Shown: one piece after another, positions 49,630 through 59,765 of the stretch
Layout of the letters: the number at the start of each line of letters is the position of its first letter
Position numbering within the stretch: position 1 is the first letter of the stretch
From: Methanothrix sp.
GTDB lineage: Archaea; Halobacteriota; Methanosarcinia; Methanotrichales; Methanotrichaceae
Direction of reading: 5' to 3'
Assembly (NCBI GenBank): GCA_040770465.1
Contig: JAXGJB010000004.1
Span: forward strand, 47,117 to 111,116
DNA: 64,000 nt
The notes under the pieces: generated by a model
What the model was told of the DNA's origin: nothing
The model's database searches: none
The model's input: the letters and a program-made list of their open reading frames with translations, nothing else
Translations under genes and position numbers: made by a program

Positions 49630-49902
49630 TTAAACTTTGTCAGGCTCGGGCGCGGGGTCGGCGAAGGCGGCCTCCACGTCGATGGCGGTCAGCTTCTCGG
49701 CGGCCAATTTCGGCGCGCATCCTCCTTCGAAGAGGGCGTTGTAGCGGCGGGAGATCTCACGCACCGCCTTCGATTCATCGGGCGAGAGGCTCTGGTTGCT
49801 GGCGACGACATCGCCGTCCACCATGACGTTAAAGAGAAACGTGCTCTGGGGAGAGATTCCTTCCTCGTTTATGGAAAGGGTGATGATCATGTCCTTCGTC
49901 AT
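49630..49902 (-). pseudogene. Probable N-terminal fragment of a CHAT/TPR-type protein
   Basis: FLFNVMVDGDVVASNQSLSP...VREISRRYNALFE resembles, from recall, N-termini of large methanogen CHAT-TPR proteins; ends at 90 aa. Confidence 0.45.
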
Positions 49903-50064
49903 CCTATGCGCCTCGGAAGATCGACTGGAATGGCTTACCTTTTGGAGGATCTCCCTAAAAACTTATCCCAGCTTCGAGGAGAGAGGTGCTCCGGGCCGCC
50001 GTCGGATCGAATGAGGCCTCCTGTTATAAATTGTTAAATATGCCCGTCATCAACCATTATCACG

Positions 50065-50274
50065 ATGAAGTACACAGTCGTCCTCGAACCGCAGGAAGAG
50101 GGAGGTTATACTGTCCGGTGCCTCGAACTGCCTGGGGCCATAAGTCAGGGCGAAACGAAAGAGGAGGCCCTGATGAACATCAAGGAGGCGATCGGGCTTG
50201 TTCTGGAGGTTCTCAGCCAGGAGCTTCTGGCTGAGAATGCCGAGGTCCTGAAAGCTGAGCTGGCGGATGTCTGA
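50065..50274 (+). CDS. hicB: HicB-family antitoxin (short)
   Basis: EEGGYTVRCLELPGAISQGETKEEALMNIKEAI. Confidence 0.9.
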   Translation: MKYTVVLEPQEEGGYTVRCLELPGAISQGETKEEALMNIKEAIGLVLEVLSQELLAENAEVLKAELADV

Positions 50275-50377
50275 TAAGCTTCCGGTGATGTCGGGAGAAC
50301 GGCTGATAAAGATACTCGTCAGAAAGCCCCCGCAGCCAGGTGGCGGTAGACTGCAATACCTTCGAAAAAAGCTTTAA
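50267..50377 (+). pseudogene. hicA: Truncated HicA toxin
   Basis: ATG overlapping the hicB end gives MSDKLPVMSGERLIKILVRK, then diverges and stops before the GSH catalytic motif. Confidence 0.7.
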
Positions 50378-50439
50378 TTCTTAAAACTCCAACCCCAAAA
50401 GATTGATCTTGGGGGCTGGTGAAAGGCCCAGCCTTCAGC

Positions 50440-50811
50440 TCACTTGAACTCCAAGGCGCCCTCTGAGGCGGAGTAGAGCTTTCTTCCCCTCATGATCCCG
50501 TACCCGAGGAGCATGGCGAGACCGGAGCAGAGGACGACGATCCCCATGACCAACAGCTCGAAGGTGAGGCCGGTCTCGATACCCGCAAACCTCGCCAGGT
50601 TCGGAGAGACCAGAAGCGAAACCCCGGTCAAAGATAGAAATAGGCCGCTGGATAGACGCCTCTCAAGCCTGACGTCAAAAGGCTCCTCTCTGGCCTGATC
50701 TCCCCCACCCCTCTCCAAGAGGTACATCTTCTTCTTGTGATCCAGGTAGTAAACGAAGGCCAGGAACGGTATCCCTTCCATGATCAGCAGGAGGACGGGC
50801 CAGTCTGTCAC
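50440..50811 (-). CDS. Small three-TM membrane protein (DUF6249-like)
   Basis: YYLDHKKKMYLLERG followed by two TMs. Confidence 0.7.
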   Translation of the reverse strand: MTDWPVLLLIMEGIPFLAFVYYLDHKKKMYLLERGGGDQAREEPFDVRLERRLSSGLFLSLTGVSLLVSPNLARFAGIETGLTFELLVMGIVVLCSGLAMLLGYGIMRGRKLYSASEGALEFK

Positions 50812-51232
50812 GATTCATCACCCTCTGGCCATATTCGAGTTCCCGTAAATAATCCTTTCGCACTGCTGTTCAAATATGTAACAACAATATATATTCCAAC
50901 TATATTCCAACGAGAAGATGGCGAGCATCGAGCAGTGAGGACATGGAAATAAAAAAACCGCATCTTCCGCGACAATACATTATCCGATATCCCAGGACGT
51001 TGCCTGAGGATCTCTTTTTTGAGATTGTTGACAAAGTTTATTTAGGATTAATTACACAATTAGTAGAAGTGGTTCGGGTTTTGCCTCCCAGACCAACAGA
51101 ACGGTCGGGCCGTCCAAGGCTCTCATTTTTCCCGAATCGATAGAGGTGAGGATGATTCTGATGGCGTGCCTATCAGCTTCAAATATCGGGGTCATGATGG
51201 CCGAGGCGAGGTGGATGAAGTTCCGAAACCAT

Positions 51233-52924
51233 CTAATCTTGATCGGAGCTGCCGTCCTTCTTCTTCTCCTGGCCATGCACTGCATCCCCGAATGCCCACC
51301 CGGCTGAACGCCTGGGAGATCTGATGATCTGGTCAGCAGAGGTCCTTGACAGATCCTTGACCATATAAGGGTCCCTGAGCTCGTAGCCGTGCCGCCGATA
51401 GTACGGCCTTGCTCCGATGCCGCTGGTGACCTTCAGCGAATCGTATCCCGCCACCTGGGAGATCTCCTCGGCCCTGGCGAGAAGCCTCGATCCGAAGCCC
51501 CGGTGCTGCCAGCCACCCCTCTTTCCCAGGGGAGTCATGGGGCCGTAGACGTGAAGCTCTCTCACTCGAGCATTCTCCGAGAGCCTCAGCCGCAGAAATG
51601 CTGCAAGGGTCCCGTCGTCGCTCTCGAATGAGAGGAAGCGCTCCTCTCCGCCGCAGGCCCGGTAGCCCAGATCCCTGAGGGATACCTCAGCGTCTTCGAG
51701 CACGCCTCGCAGACCCGCCTCTCTGCACCTGATGCACCGGCAGCTGCCGCCTCTGGCCAAGAGCCTCTCCTTTGCGAGCTGGCGGAGGTTGCTCTTCTTG
51801 ACTCCGGCTGCTATTGCTGGGGCCGGGATGTCCCTCTGGACCCGCTGGAGCCGGGTGTAGGGGGGGATCATCTCCTTGATCCTGGAGATCAGCTCGGCAG
51901 CCTCATCGTCTCCCAGGGGGGCGTACTCGCCTCGCCGGTATTGGTCGTACAGCTCGGTCCCCTCCACCACCAGGGCAGGGTAGATCTTCAGGTAGTCGGG
52001 CCTGAAATCCTCGTCATCGAAGAGGGCCCGAAAAGACGCAAGGTCCCGCTGAAGGTCGGAGCCGGGAAGCCCCGGCATCATGTGAAAGCCAACCTTCAGC
52101 CCCGCTTCCCTGAGGGCGCGGTTCGCATCGATGGAGTCCTGGACGACGTGGCCCCGCCTCATCCTGGCGAGAAGGTCGTCGTCGGTGGACTGGACCCCAA
52201 GCTCCACCTTCGTCCCCCCGAGAAGGAGCATATTTCGGATTTGAGCGGGACGACACCAGTCTGGCCGGGTCTCGAAGGTGGTGCCGACATTTCTCACCTG
52301 TGACGACTCGTTCTCCAAGGCCGCCTCCGAAAAGCTTTTGCGATGACGACGAACCTCAGAGGGCTTCGAATCCTGGTGAGGATGGCGATAATCGTTCATC
52401 GCCTCAAGGCACCTTTTCACAAACCAGCTCTGATATCCCAGGGGCCTTGAGGTGATCGTCCCGCCCATGACGATCAGGTCCACCTTGTCCAGGGGGTGGC
52501 CGATCTCCGCGAGCTGACGGAGGCGAACGCTAACCTGGCGGTAGGGGTCGTAGCCCTGCTGGATCGCCCTGAGGGCCGCGGGCTCTCTTCCAGTGTAGCT
52601 CTGAGGGGTGGGACCTCCCCTCAATCCGACGCCGCCGGGGCAGGGGACGCAGACGCCGTGGGGGCAGGGGGCGGGAGAGGTCATCGCCGCCACCACCGCC
52701 ACCCCGGAGAGGGTCCGGGTCGGCTTTCTCACCAGAAGCTTCAGCCGGTCCCGTTCTGACTCAGCGGCTGTGGCGAGGATCTCGGCGTTCTTCGGAAGGT
52801 CGGAGAGACCGAACTCTCGTCCGGCCTTCCGCTTCATCCTCTCCAGGTCCGCCTGGCAAGAGATCTCGCCGGAGAGGATGGCGTCGACGATCTCCCGCAG
52901 CCCCGCCTTCAGCCCTCGATCCAG
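51233..52924 (-). CDS. elp3: tRNA uridine(34) acetyltransferase Elp3, probable CTG start
   Basis: RKPTRTLSGVAVVA, CPHGVCVPCPGG, ETRPDW, RELHVYG, QHRGFG; GGAGG 7 nt before CTG 52924. Confidence 0.93.
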   Translation of the reverse strand: MDRGLKAGLREIVDAILSGEISCQADLERMKRKAGREFGLSDLPKNAEILATAAESERDRLKLLVRKPTRTLSGVAVVAAMTSPAPCPHGVCVPCPGGVGLRGGPTPQSYTGREPAALRAIQQGYDPYRQVSVRLRQLAEIGHPLDKVDLIVMGGTITSRPLGYQSWFVKRCLEAMNDYRHPHQDSKPSEVRRHRKSFSEAALENESSQVRNVGTTFETRPDWCRPAQIRNMLLLGGTKVELGVQSTDDDLLARMRRGHVVQDSIDANRALREAGLKVGFHMMPGLPGSDLQRDLASFRALFDDEDFRPDYLKIYPALVVEGTELYDQYRRGEYAPLGDDEAAELISRIKEMIPPYTRLQRVQRDIPAPAIAAGVKKSNLRQLAKERLLARGGSCRCIRCREAGLRGVLEDAEVSLRDLGYRACGGEERFLSFESDDGTLAAFLRLRLSENARVRELHVYGPMTPLGKRGGWQHRGFGSRLLARAEEISQVAGYDSLKVTSGIGARPYYRRHGYELRDPYMVKDLSRTSADQIIRSPRRSAGWAFGDAVHGQEKKKDGSSDQD

Positions 52925-53427
52925 TGGACTGCCTCCGTCATGTCCCGGCCCGGCGGGGGCGCCGGATTCTCGTCGGGCCAGCCTATGGATACTAAAGCCG
53001 TCGGGACGAGGCGGCCGGGAAGGTTCAGGATATCCCTCACCATCGACTCGTCGAAGGCGCCGGTCCAGCAGCATCCGAGCCCGAGATCGAAGGCGGCGAG
53101 GATCAGGCACGTCGTCGCCGAGGCGGCGTCCTGGATCGAGTAGAGCTGGCCCCGGTCGCCGTACCGCCTCCCGGACCGCGCGGGGTCGGAACAGATCACC
53201 ACCACGACCGGCGCACCAGCCACGTGCTCCTGGCCGTAGGCGGCCGCGGCGAGGGCCAGCCTCAGCTCGGTCCTCGTGACGACGTAGTACTCCCGAGCCC
53301 TCATGTTTCCGGCCGAGGGGGCGGTCTCCGCCGCCTCCAGGAGAGCGGCTATCAGGTCCCGGCCCACGGGGCGATCGGCGTACCGCCTCACCGACCTTCT
53401 GCCAGCCAGGGCTTCTTTTAGTTCCAT
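52909..53427 (-). CDS. Nitroreductase family protein
   Basis: RRSVRRY, APSAGN, GLGCCWTGAF. Confidence 0.92.
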   Translation of the reverse strand: MELKEALAGRRSVRRYADRPVGRDLIAALLEAAETAPSAGNMRAREYYVVTRTELRLALAAAAYGQEHVAGAPVVVVICSDPARSGRRYGDRGQLYSIQDAASATTCLILAAFDLGLGCCWTGAFDESMVRDILNLPGRLVPTALVSIGWPDENPAPPPGRDMTEAVHWIEG

Positions 53428-53667
53428 CGGCCTTTGATCGCCCCGGAGGGATATTAAAATTTGTGATGGAACCCAGAATGCTGGGGAGAATGGAAGAAGA
53501 TGCAAAGCAAGATGCAACGCGGAGGAGAGAAGGCGAAGTGCAGATGGCAAAAAGGCAGAATGAAAGAAGCAGACGGCAAAGGGCGACGGGCGAAAGGCAG
53601 AAGCCAAGGTTCAAGGCAAAAGATAAAAGCCCCGAAGGATACCTGCCTGGAGTTGGTGTTCTCATCC

Positions 53668-54540
53668 ATGATCAATATCGCAATTCCAAAAGGTAGTCTG
53701 CAGAACCAGACCCTCCAGCTCTTCGCTCAGGCGGGGCTTGAGATCAAAAGGACGGAGCGGGAGTACAACGCCCGGATCGACGACCCCCGGGTGGGGAAGG
53801 TGAAGATCCTCCGCCCCCAGGAGATCCCCTCATACGTCGCCAAGGGGTACTTCGACCTGGGGATCAGCGGGACCGACTGGGTGGTGGAGTCGGGGGCCGT
53901 CGTCGCCAAGGTGGCGGAGCTCGACTACGGCAAACAGGGGCCCGGAAAAGTTAAAGTCGTCGTCGCCGTCCCCGAGGCCCAGAAGGCCGATTCCGCAAAA
54001 GACGTCCTTCCAGGCAGCAGGATCTCGACGGAGTACCCGAACCTCACCAGGAGGTTCTTCGCCGACCTCGGGATTCCCGTAGAGGTGGAGAACTCCTACG
54101 GGGCGACGGAGGCGAAGGTCCCGGAGCTGGCGGACGCCGTCGTCGACCTGACCGAGACCGGCTCGACCCTGGTCAAAAACGGCCTCAAGATCATCGACGT
54201 GATCCTGGAGTCGACCTCGGAGCTGATCGCAAATAGGGACAGCTGGGCCGATCCCGAGAAGAGGGAGGAGATAGAGGAGATCGAGACGATGCTCTTCGCC
54301 GTGACGAGGGCGAGGGGGAAGGTCTTGATCGCCCTCAACGTCCCCGAGGACAGGATCGAGGACGTGATCGCCCTTCTGCCGAGCATGAAGCGGCCGACGG
54401 TCTCGAAGCTCTACAACTCCGGGTTTTACGCCGTCCAGTCTGTCGTCGACCGCACTGGGATCAACCTCCTCATCCCGCTACTCAAGAAGGCCGGGGCCGA
54501 GGACATCATCGAGGTCAGCATATCGAAGATCGTGCCCTGA
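53668..54540 (+). CDS. hisG: ATP phosphoribosyltransferase (long form)
   Basis: IAIPKGSL, RPQEIP, GATE, DLTETGSTL, C-terminal regulatory domain. Confidence 0.95.
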   Translation: MINIAIPKGSLQNQTLQLFAQAGLEIKRTEREYNARIDDPRVGKVKILRPQEIPSYVAKGYFDLGISGTDWVVESGAVVAKVAELDYGKQGPGKVKVVVAVPEAQKADSAKDVLPGSRISTEYPNLTRRFFADLGIPVEVENSYGATEAKVPELADAVVDLTETGSTLVKNGLKIIDVILESTSELIANRDSWADPEKREEIEEIETMLFAVTRARGKVLIALNVPEDRIEDVIALLPSMKRPTVSKLYNSGFYAVQSVVDRTGINLLIPLLKKAGAEDIIEVSISKIVP

Positions 54541-54624
54541 AAACAAAACGTCGGGGCGAAGAATCACGCGGAAGGCAAGAAAGGCTGAGAACGAGAGAAG
54601 CGACCGGAAAACGAAGATCGTGGT

Positions 54625-54702
54625 TGGCGGGCGTGAAGGGATTCGAACCCTTGATCTACAGCTTAGGAGGCTGCCGCCTTGTCCTGGCTAGGCTACACGC
54701 CC
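54625..54702 (-). tRNA. tRNA-Arg(CCU), CCA encoded, no intron
   Basis: GGGCGTG/CACGCCC acceptor stem, anticodon arm GCAGC-CTCCTAA-GCTGT, T-loop GGTTCGAATCC. Confidence 0.96.
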
Positions 54703-55017
54703 ACAACGGGTTTCTGAGGGGGAAACTCGTATATCAAGGTTTCCGGCGATGGTAGGGGTTTGGTGAAAGTCAAAATCAAACGATGGCGCACGGCTCGCGA
54801 TACAACTCTAGAAATACATAAATTTCAGATTTAAAATCGGGTAGTGTACCGCAACTGAGTTGATATCACCATATCCGATATCACGGCGACATGAAGAGGT
54901 CAGTTGCATCTCATTTGCTCCAATGAGGTGCATCATATTGGATGAGGTCATTTGTTGTTGGTTTCATCCACATCAACTCGATATAGGTAGACTACCTAAA
55001 ATCGGCATTGTGGTTAT

Positions 55018-56640
55018 TCAAAGGAATTCTTTTATCACCTTCAATAAACCGATAAATTTGACTAAATATTTATTCCAAATTTGTCCTATGACTTCAGGCA
55101 TGGATGGTGAAATCAATATTATGAATATGGTTATTGACTGAATAACAATATAAACCAACATAATATCTATGTAATTCGGTGCCAAATTTGTTTTCCCATC
55201 AGATAATACGGGGCCGACGTAAACAAAAATTGAGAGAATTAATCCAGATATAAAATATAAGATTGAATCTTCAGCATTCGGTCTATCTGACTTTGAGATT
55301 ATATAGACCGTTAAACAGAATAAGATAATTATGCCCGCAACCGCCGATAATATCTTCATTATATCTAAATTGAGAATATATTCTATTCTATGGTTAAATG
55401 TAATCGTGATAATTATTATCCAGATACCAATTTGAACTTTATTTTTTAATGTTTTTTCTATATAACTCTTATCTTCTTTCTTTTCATCTAAGCATTTCAC
55501 TAGTAGAATAGCAATTGTTAATGATATCACAAATAACAACGACTGATGATAAGCTGTTTTTATACCCATACTAAGTAATATAGCTGAAATTATCAATAAC
55601 AATACAATTGATCCTAAAGCTAAGTTTTGTATTCTTGATTCTTCTATTAACTCTTCTCCAAATATTATTTTAACTAATGATTTTATCGCATTGAGATGAG
55701 ATCCCATCAAAAAGTTTAAAATTTGTGACACGATGTGATTCTGTGATAATCCAAAAAATGATCCAGTTGACAATTCTAATAATGCAATTATGGTTAAATA
55801 TATTGTGATTAAAGAGATTATTACATATTCTATCGGTCCCACCGGTTCATCAACCGGTTCATCAGATCCCACAGGTTCAGGTCCCACCGGTTCATCAGAT
55901 CCCACAGGTTCAGGTCCCACCGGTTCATCAGATCCCACAGGTTCAGGTCCCATCGGTTCATCAGGTCCCACAGGTTCAGGCCCCACCGGTTCAGGTTCAT
56001 CTGCAATGGTGACAGGATCTATATTTATATCTACATACTTAATATTTTTTGACAAATCGTAGATATAAATTTGTCCCAAATTGATAAGAGAGCAGTTTCT
56101 AGTCCCAGATATGGCATTTTGCGAAATTGTCGTATTATATCCAAAGATAATTCGCTCATTGGAATTTAGCGGTTTACATTCAAAATAAAAATCACCATTT
56201 TCCCTGATCTCTAATAAATATTCTGTTTTATTTGAAGGTGGATTAACAAATACAGAAAAATCGCCGCAGATAAAATTCGTCATTCCGCTTTTATCTGTGT
56301 CTTTTTTGTATACTTTATCATTAGGAAGAGAAAATAAATCTTGTCTCACTTTCGAAAGGGATGTATGTTCATTTTTGTCAAAAGGAATACGAAATTCATT
56401 TATTTTATATCCCAAATTGGTTAGCTCAAACCGTACACTAACATTATCTCCCTTATGAAATTGACTCTCTTCTCCAACTGCAGAGATACTTAAATTAAAT
56501 ATAGCATTATATTTATCATATTCTGAATATGGATCTGCGGAGGAGGGCGCGATAACCTGAATAATAATCAAGAATATTATTGAAATTATCGCTGGGTTAT
56601 TACGCATTCGCGACTTGTTACAAATCATATTCACAGTCAC
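55018..56640 (-). CDS. AT-rich secreted/multi-TM hypothetical protein with Pro/acidic repeat linker
   Basis: Signal-like N-terminus, [11 protein letters not shown] repeats, about 7-8 C-terminal TMs. Confidence 0.7.
   Translation of the reverse strand: MTVNMICNKSRMRNNPAIISIIFLIIIQVIAPSSADPYSEYDKYNAIFNLSISAVGEESQFHKGDNVSVRFELTNLGYKINEFRIPFDKNEHTSLSKVRQDLFSLPNDKVYKKDTDKSGMTNFICGDFSVFVNPPSNKTEYLLEIRENGDFYFECKPLNSNERIIFGYNTTISQNAISGTRNCSLINLGQIYIYDLSKNIKYVDINIDPVTIADEPEPVGPEPVGPDEPMGPEPVGSDEPVGPEPVGSDEPVGPEPVGSDEPVDEPVGPIEYVIISLITIYLTIIALLELSTGSFFGLSQNHIVSQILNFLMGSHLNAIKSLVKIIFGEELIEESRIQNLALGSIVLLLIISAILLSMGIKTAYHQSLLFVISLTIAILLVKCLDEKKEDKSYIEKTLKNKVQIGIWIIIITITFNHRIEYILNLDIMKILSAVAGIIILFCLTVYIISKSDRPNAEDSILYFISGLILSIFVYVGPVLSDGKTNLAPNYIDIMLVYIVIQSITIFIILISPSMPEVIGQIWNKYLVKFIGLLKVIKEFL
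55854..55985. repeat. 33-bp tandem repeat, four copies (three exact)
   Basis: CCGGTTCATCAGATCCCACAGGTTCAGGTCCCA. Confidence 0.92.
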
Positions 56641-58372
56641 CTTGTATATGAGTCACATAGCGATCTGGGTCTATACTTGTAAAGTTATTATGATTATTGT
56701 TTTTGATATCTTCTATATATGTGACTATATCAGTTGGTGCGTTTTCGTTTTCTGGACATATGCCTATGCCAACATATCTCCGCGATACATTAGTATGAAA
56801 TATATTAATCGCGTTCCATTTTATCATACGAATACCGTAACTAGTAGGAGTGTTCCCAGTTAACATATCGTTAAATATTGTTATATTTGAACTATTATAT
56901 ATTAGGATGCCTGTTTCACGTATGTCAAACATAGTTGTATTTGTTATACTTATATTTCCAGCATTATTTATAACTATACAGTGTTGCTTTCTCAATCCAT
57001 TAATATTAAAAGAATCGATTAAAACTTCGCTCGTGTTTGTAACGATGATTATACTTTGATTTCCTGTATCATTGTTCTCTATAAGTGGGCAGCCAATCCC
57101 AACTAAATTGAGCGGCTTATTTATAATAATCGTCGGTTCTTTACAATAATTTTTTTCAACGTGTATTATGCCATATGGAAAGACAGTTCTAACAGCTTCG
57201 TCAATTGACGAAAAATTATATTTACCATCGCTATTTTCTTTCACGTAAAACACAGGAATTAAAACCTCTTCGGTATCCTCATCAGTTACGTTATATTCGA
57301 AATCCCCTATCGAATAGCTACCACTAACACTGGCACGATTATTCAAACTTCCAAACCCTAATCCGTTGATGTTTGTTACAAGTTCGACAAATTTGGTCTC
57401 ACCAATTTTTAGATGTCCGAGATTCCATATAATATCATTTCCGCTTAATTTCCCATCACTAAGAGTATCTCTAACATAATTCATACCATAGTGTAATTTA
57501 TACGAAACTATCACAGAATAAAGATCAACATCTCCTGTATTAGTTATGCTTATATTAAAAGTTATATTGGAGCGAGGTGTTGCTTCGTGTACGTTTGCAG
57601 AATTATCAATCACAACATTTGGGTGAGCTATCAAAGGATTTTTAAAATATTTATCAGATATTTTTCCACCAATGGGAAATTTAAATTTGTTACCCATAAT
57701 ATCTAAATCGGGATGTATCTCATTGAAAACCCTGATAGAAGTATTACTCCAGTTATTCTTTCCGTTTCCTCTCTCATTTACATTCACACTTGGTTTATCG
57801 TCAGATTTAGGCGTATTTGCTATTTCTTCACCGTACAAGGATATGTTCACATTATCGATCCAACCGGCACCCCTCCACTGCGGCAAGAACCTAAATTTCC
57901 TAAAAACCCATTTTATAGTATGATTTCCATTACATCGTATTGAATAAGATTCGAAACGCCAACCATATGTGTTGTAGATACGCTTCACATCATCATCTAC
58001 TACGAATAAGAGTTGACTTCCATCTTTGAAGGTTGTATCGGATTTCCAATAAAAGGTAATTTTGGCACGCCCGGAGACATTTTTGCATATACAACTGACA
58101 TCTTGATATTCTATTGGACCTGACCTTAAGGAGCTATTGCTATTATAGCCAGTAGATGTATCCTGATACCATCCAATTCCTTCGCATGTTCCATCGCAGT
58201 CGCTCCAGTTGAAGTCATCTGTTCCCTCGAAATCATAATGCTCACCACATGCCGCAAAAGGAAGACTGAGACTAATAGTGGCTGCGATATATAAAATTCC
58301 AAAATAATATTTGCTATAAGCCCGAAAAATGGAGGCCCCATGTATATTCGTAGGCTTGTAGCAGATCGACAT
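56618..58372 (-). CDS. AT-rich secreted protein: beta-sandwich N-domain, DUF11 domain, NosD-like beta-helix
   Basis: ITFNISITNTGDVDL...WNLGHL (DUF11); SSIDEAV...IHV...GIxI repeats. Confidence 0.75.
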   Translation of the reverse strand: MSICYKPTNIHGASIFRAYSKYYFGILYIAATISLSLPFAACGEHYDFEGTDDFNWSDCDGTCEGIGWYQDTSTGYNSNSSLRSGPIEYQDVSCICKNVSGRAKITFYWKSDTTFKDGSQLLFVVDDDVKRIYNTYGWRFESYSIRCNGNHTIKWVFRKFRFLPQWRGAGWIDNVNISLYGEEIANTPKSDDKPSVNVNERGNGKNNWSNTSIRVFNEIHPDLDIMGNKFKFPIGGKISDKYFKNPLIAHPNVVIDNSANVHEATPRSNITFNISITNTGDVDLYSVIVSYKLHYGMNYVRDTLSDGKLSGNDIIWNLGHLKIGETKFVELVTNINGLGFGSLNNRASVSGSYSIGDFEYNVTDEDTEEVLIPVFYVKENSDGKYNFSSIDEAVRTVFPYGIIHVEKNYCKEPTIIINKPLNLVGIGCPLIENNDTGNQSIIIVTNTSEVLIDSFNINGLRKQHCIVINNAGNISITNTTMFDIRETGILIYNSSNITIFNDMLTGNTPTSYGIRMIKWNAINIFHTNVSRRYVGIGICPENENAPTDIVTYIEDIKNNNHNNFTSIDPDRYVTHIQGDCEYDL

Positions 58373-58688
58373 TACCTCTCCCTTCCCTCCGACTAATCAC
58401 CTTAAGTTTATCGCCTCCCTCAAAGACGATAATTTCTGAGACCTCCAAATAACCAATAGATGATCAGAATATATCCTTTTCGGGTATTTTCAAGTATTTT
58501 CAAAAAACGGATTTAATAAAACTAGTTAGAATACCATAAGTGGATATCGATTATTGAGGGCATTTCAGTAAAAATCACACAAATATTTCACACCTAAAAA
58601 ACTCGCCCCTCCTTTCCGCGCGATATCCACCAGTGCGCCCATCTCCCCGACCTTTCGCCGAAGTGAGGAAGCAGAAACCCGCCCCCCA

Positions 58689-59591
58689 CTATATCTTCAC
58701 CTCCCCCTTCTCGTACAGGTCCCGCGCCACCCGACTGAGCCCCGCGCCCTTCACCTCCTCGCCGTAGGACGGCAGGAGCGCGATCCGCTTGTTCGCGAAC
58801 CTGGTCTGGATCTCCTCGATGTATCCCTTCTGCGAGGCGGCCCGGCGGCGGCAATAGTCGCAGTCGCAAGCCCCCATCACGTGGTTTATGATGATCGAGT
58901 CGACGGAGACGCCGTGGGCCTCTACGGTCCTGATCAGCCGCTCGCTCTCCATCACCGCCGCCTTCTCGGGGATTGTGACGACGGATATGGTGGTGATCTC
59001 GGGGTCGATGAGGGCGTTTCTCATCGTCTCGGCCTTGGTGCGGAGGCGGCGCACCTCCGTCACGATGGAGTCGCCGAAGCCCGGCTCCAGCATGTTGAAG
59101 ATCCCCGTCCACCGCGACTTCATCCCCAGGAGGCGCGTGACGACCCCGGTGGTCACCTCGGGAAGCTTCAGGAGCGGGAGGACGAGGGCGGTGGGGGCGG
59201 AGTCGATGACGACGACATCGTAGTCGCCCTGCATGTAGACGTCGTAGAGCCGGTCCATGAAGATCAGCTCGCCGACGCCGGGGACGACCCCGAAGTCCGC
59301 GGGCCGGACCTCGAACTGAAACATCTCGAACAAGGCCCGGAAGAGGCTTCTGTAGGCGGCGTAGAACTTCTCCGCCTCGGCCGCCAGATCCGGCTCGACG
59401 CCGTCCAGGTTCTCGGCTATCCGGGTCGGCCTATTTCCCAGCTCCACCTCCAGGATGTCGGAGAGGGAGTGGGCGGGGTCCATCGAGAAGGCGAGGGTCT
59501 TTTTGCCCTGCTCTGAGGCCCAGAGCCCCGTCGCCGCCGAGCAGACGCTCTTTCCGACGCCCCCCTTCCCGGCCATGTAAACCAGTCGCAT
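58689..59591 (-). CDS. Single-domain ArsA/Get3(TRC40)-family ATPase
   Basis: GKGGVGKS, SMDPAHSL, DSAPT, C-terminal CDYC. Confidence 0.9.
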   Translation of the reverse strand: MRLVYMAGKGGVGKSVCSAATGLWASEQGKKTLAFSMDPAHSLSDILEVELGNRPTRIAENLDGVEPDLAAEAEKFYAAYRSLFRALFEMFQFEVRPADFGVVPGVGELIFMDRLYDVYMQGDYDVVVIDSAPTALVLPLLKLPEVTTGVVTRLLGMKSRWTGIFNMLEPGFGDSIVTEVRRLRTKAETMRNALIDPEITTISVVTIPEKAAVMESERLIRTVEAHGVSVDSIIINHVMGACDCDYCRRRAASQKGYIEEIQTRFANKRIALLPSYGEEVKGAGLSRVARDLYEKGEVKI

Positions 59592-59765
59592 GAACTCATC
59601 CTCCTCTAAAGGAGATTTACTCCTTGCGCTCACTCCTTGCGCTCAGCCACCAAAAATCCGCCATCTCTTTTCTCTCTAGAGAGGAGAAGAGAGATTCGAA
59701 GATCCGAAGTTTTAATATGCCATCGCTCCTTTCAGCCCATTCAGAGAGAAAATGAGGATCGGGGC

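Noticed and set aside
51233-53665. 810-aa Elp3 with a novel N-terminal domain
   Set aside because: The extension overlaps the nitroreductase in another frame and a low-complexity tract
55854-55985. 33-bp repeats as a CRISPR array
   Set aside because: Head-to-tail with no spacers, in frame inside a CDS, and no cas genes
54625-58690. tRNA-Arg as integration site of the AT-rich block
   Set aside because: The block lies on the 5' side of the tRNA; no duplicated tRNA 3' end or integrase was seen. A 10-bp near-inverted match (54782/58636) is too weak.
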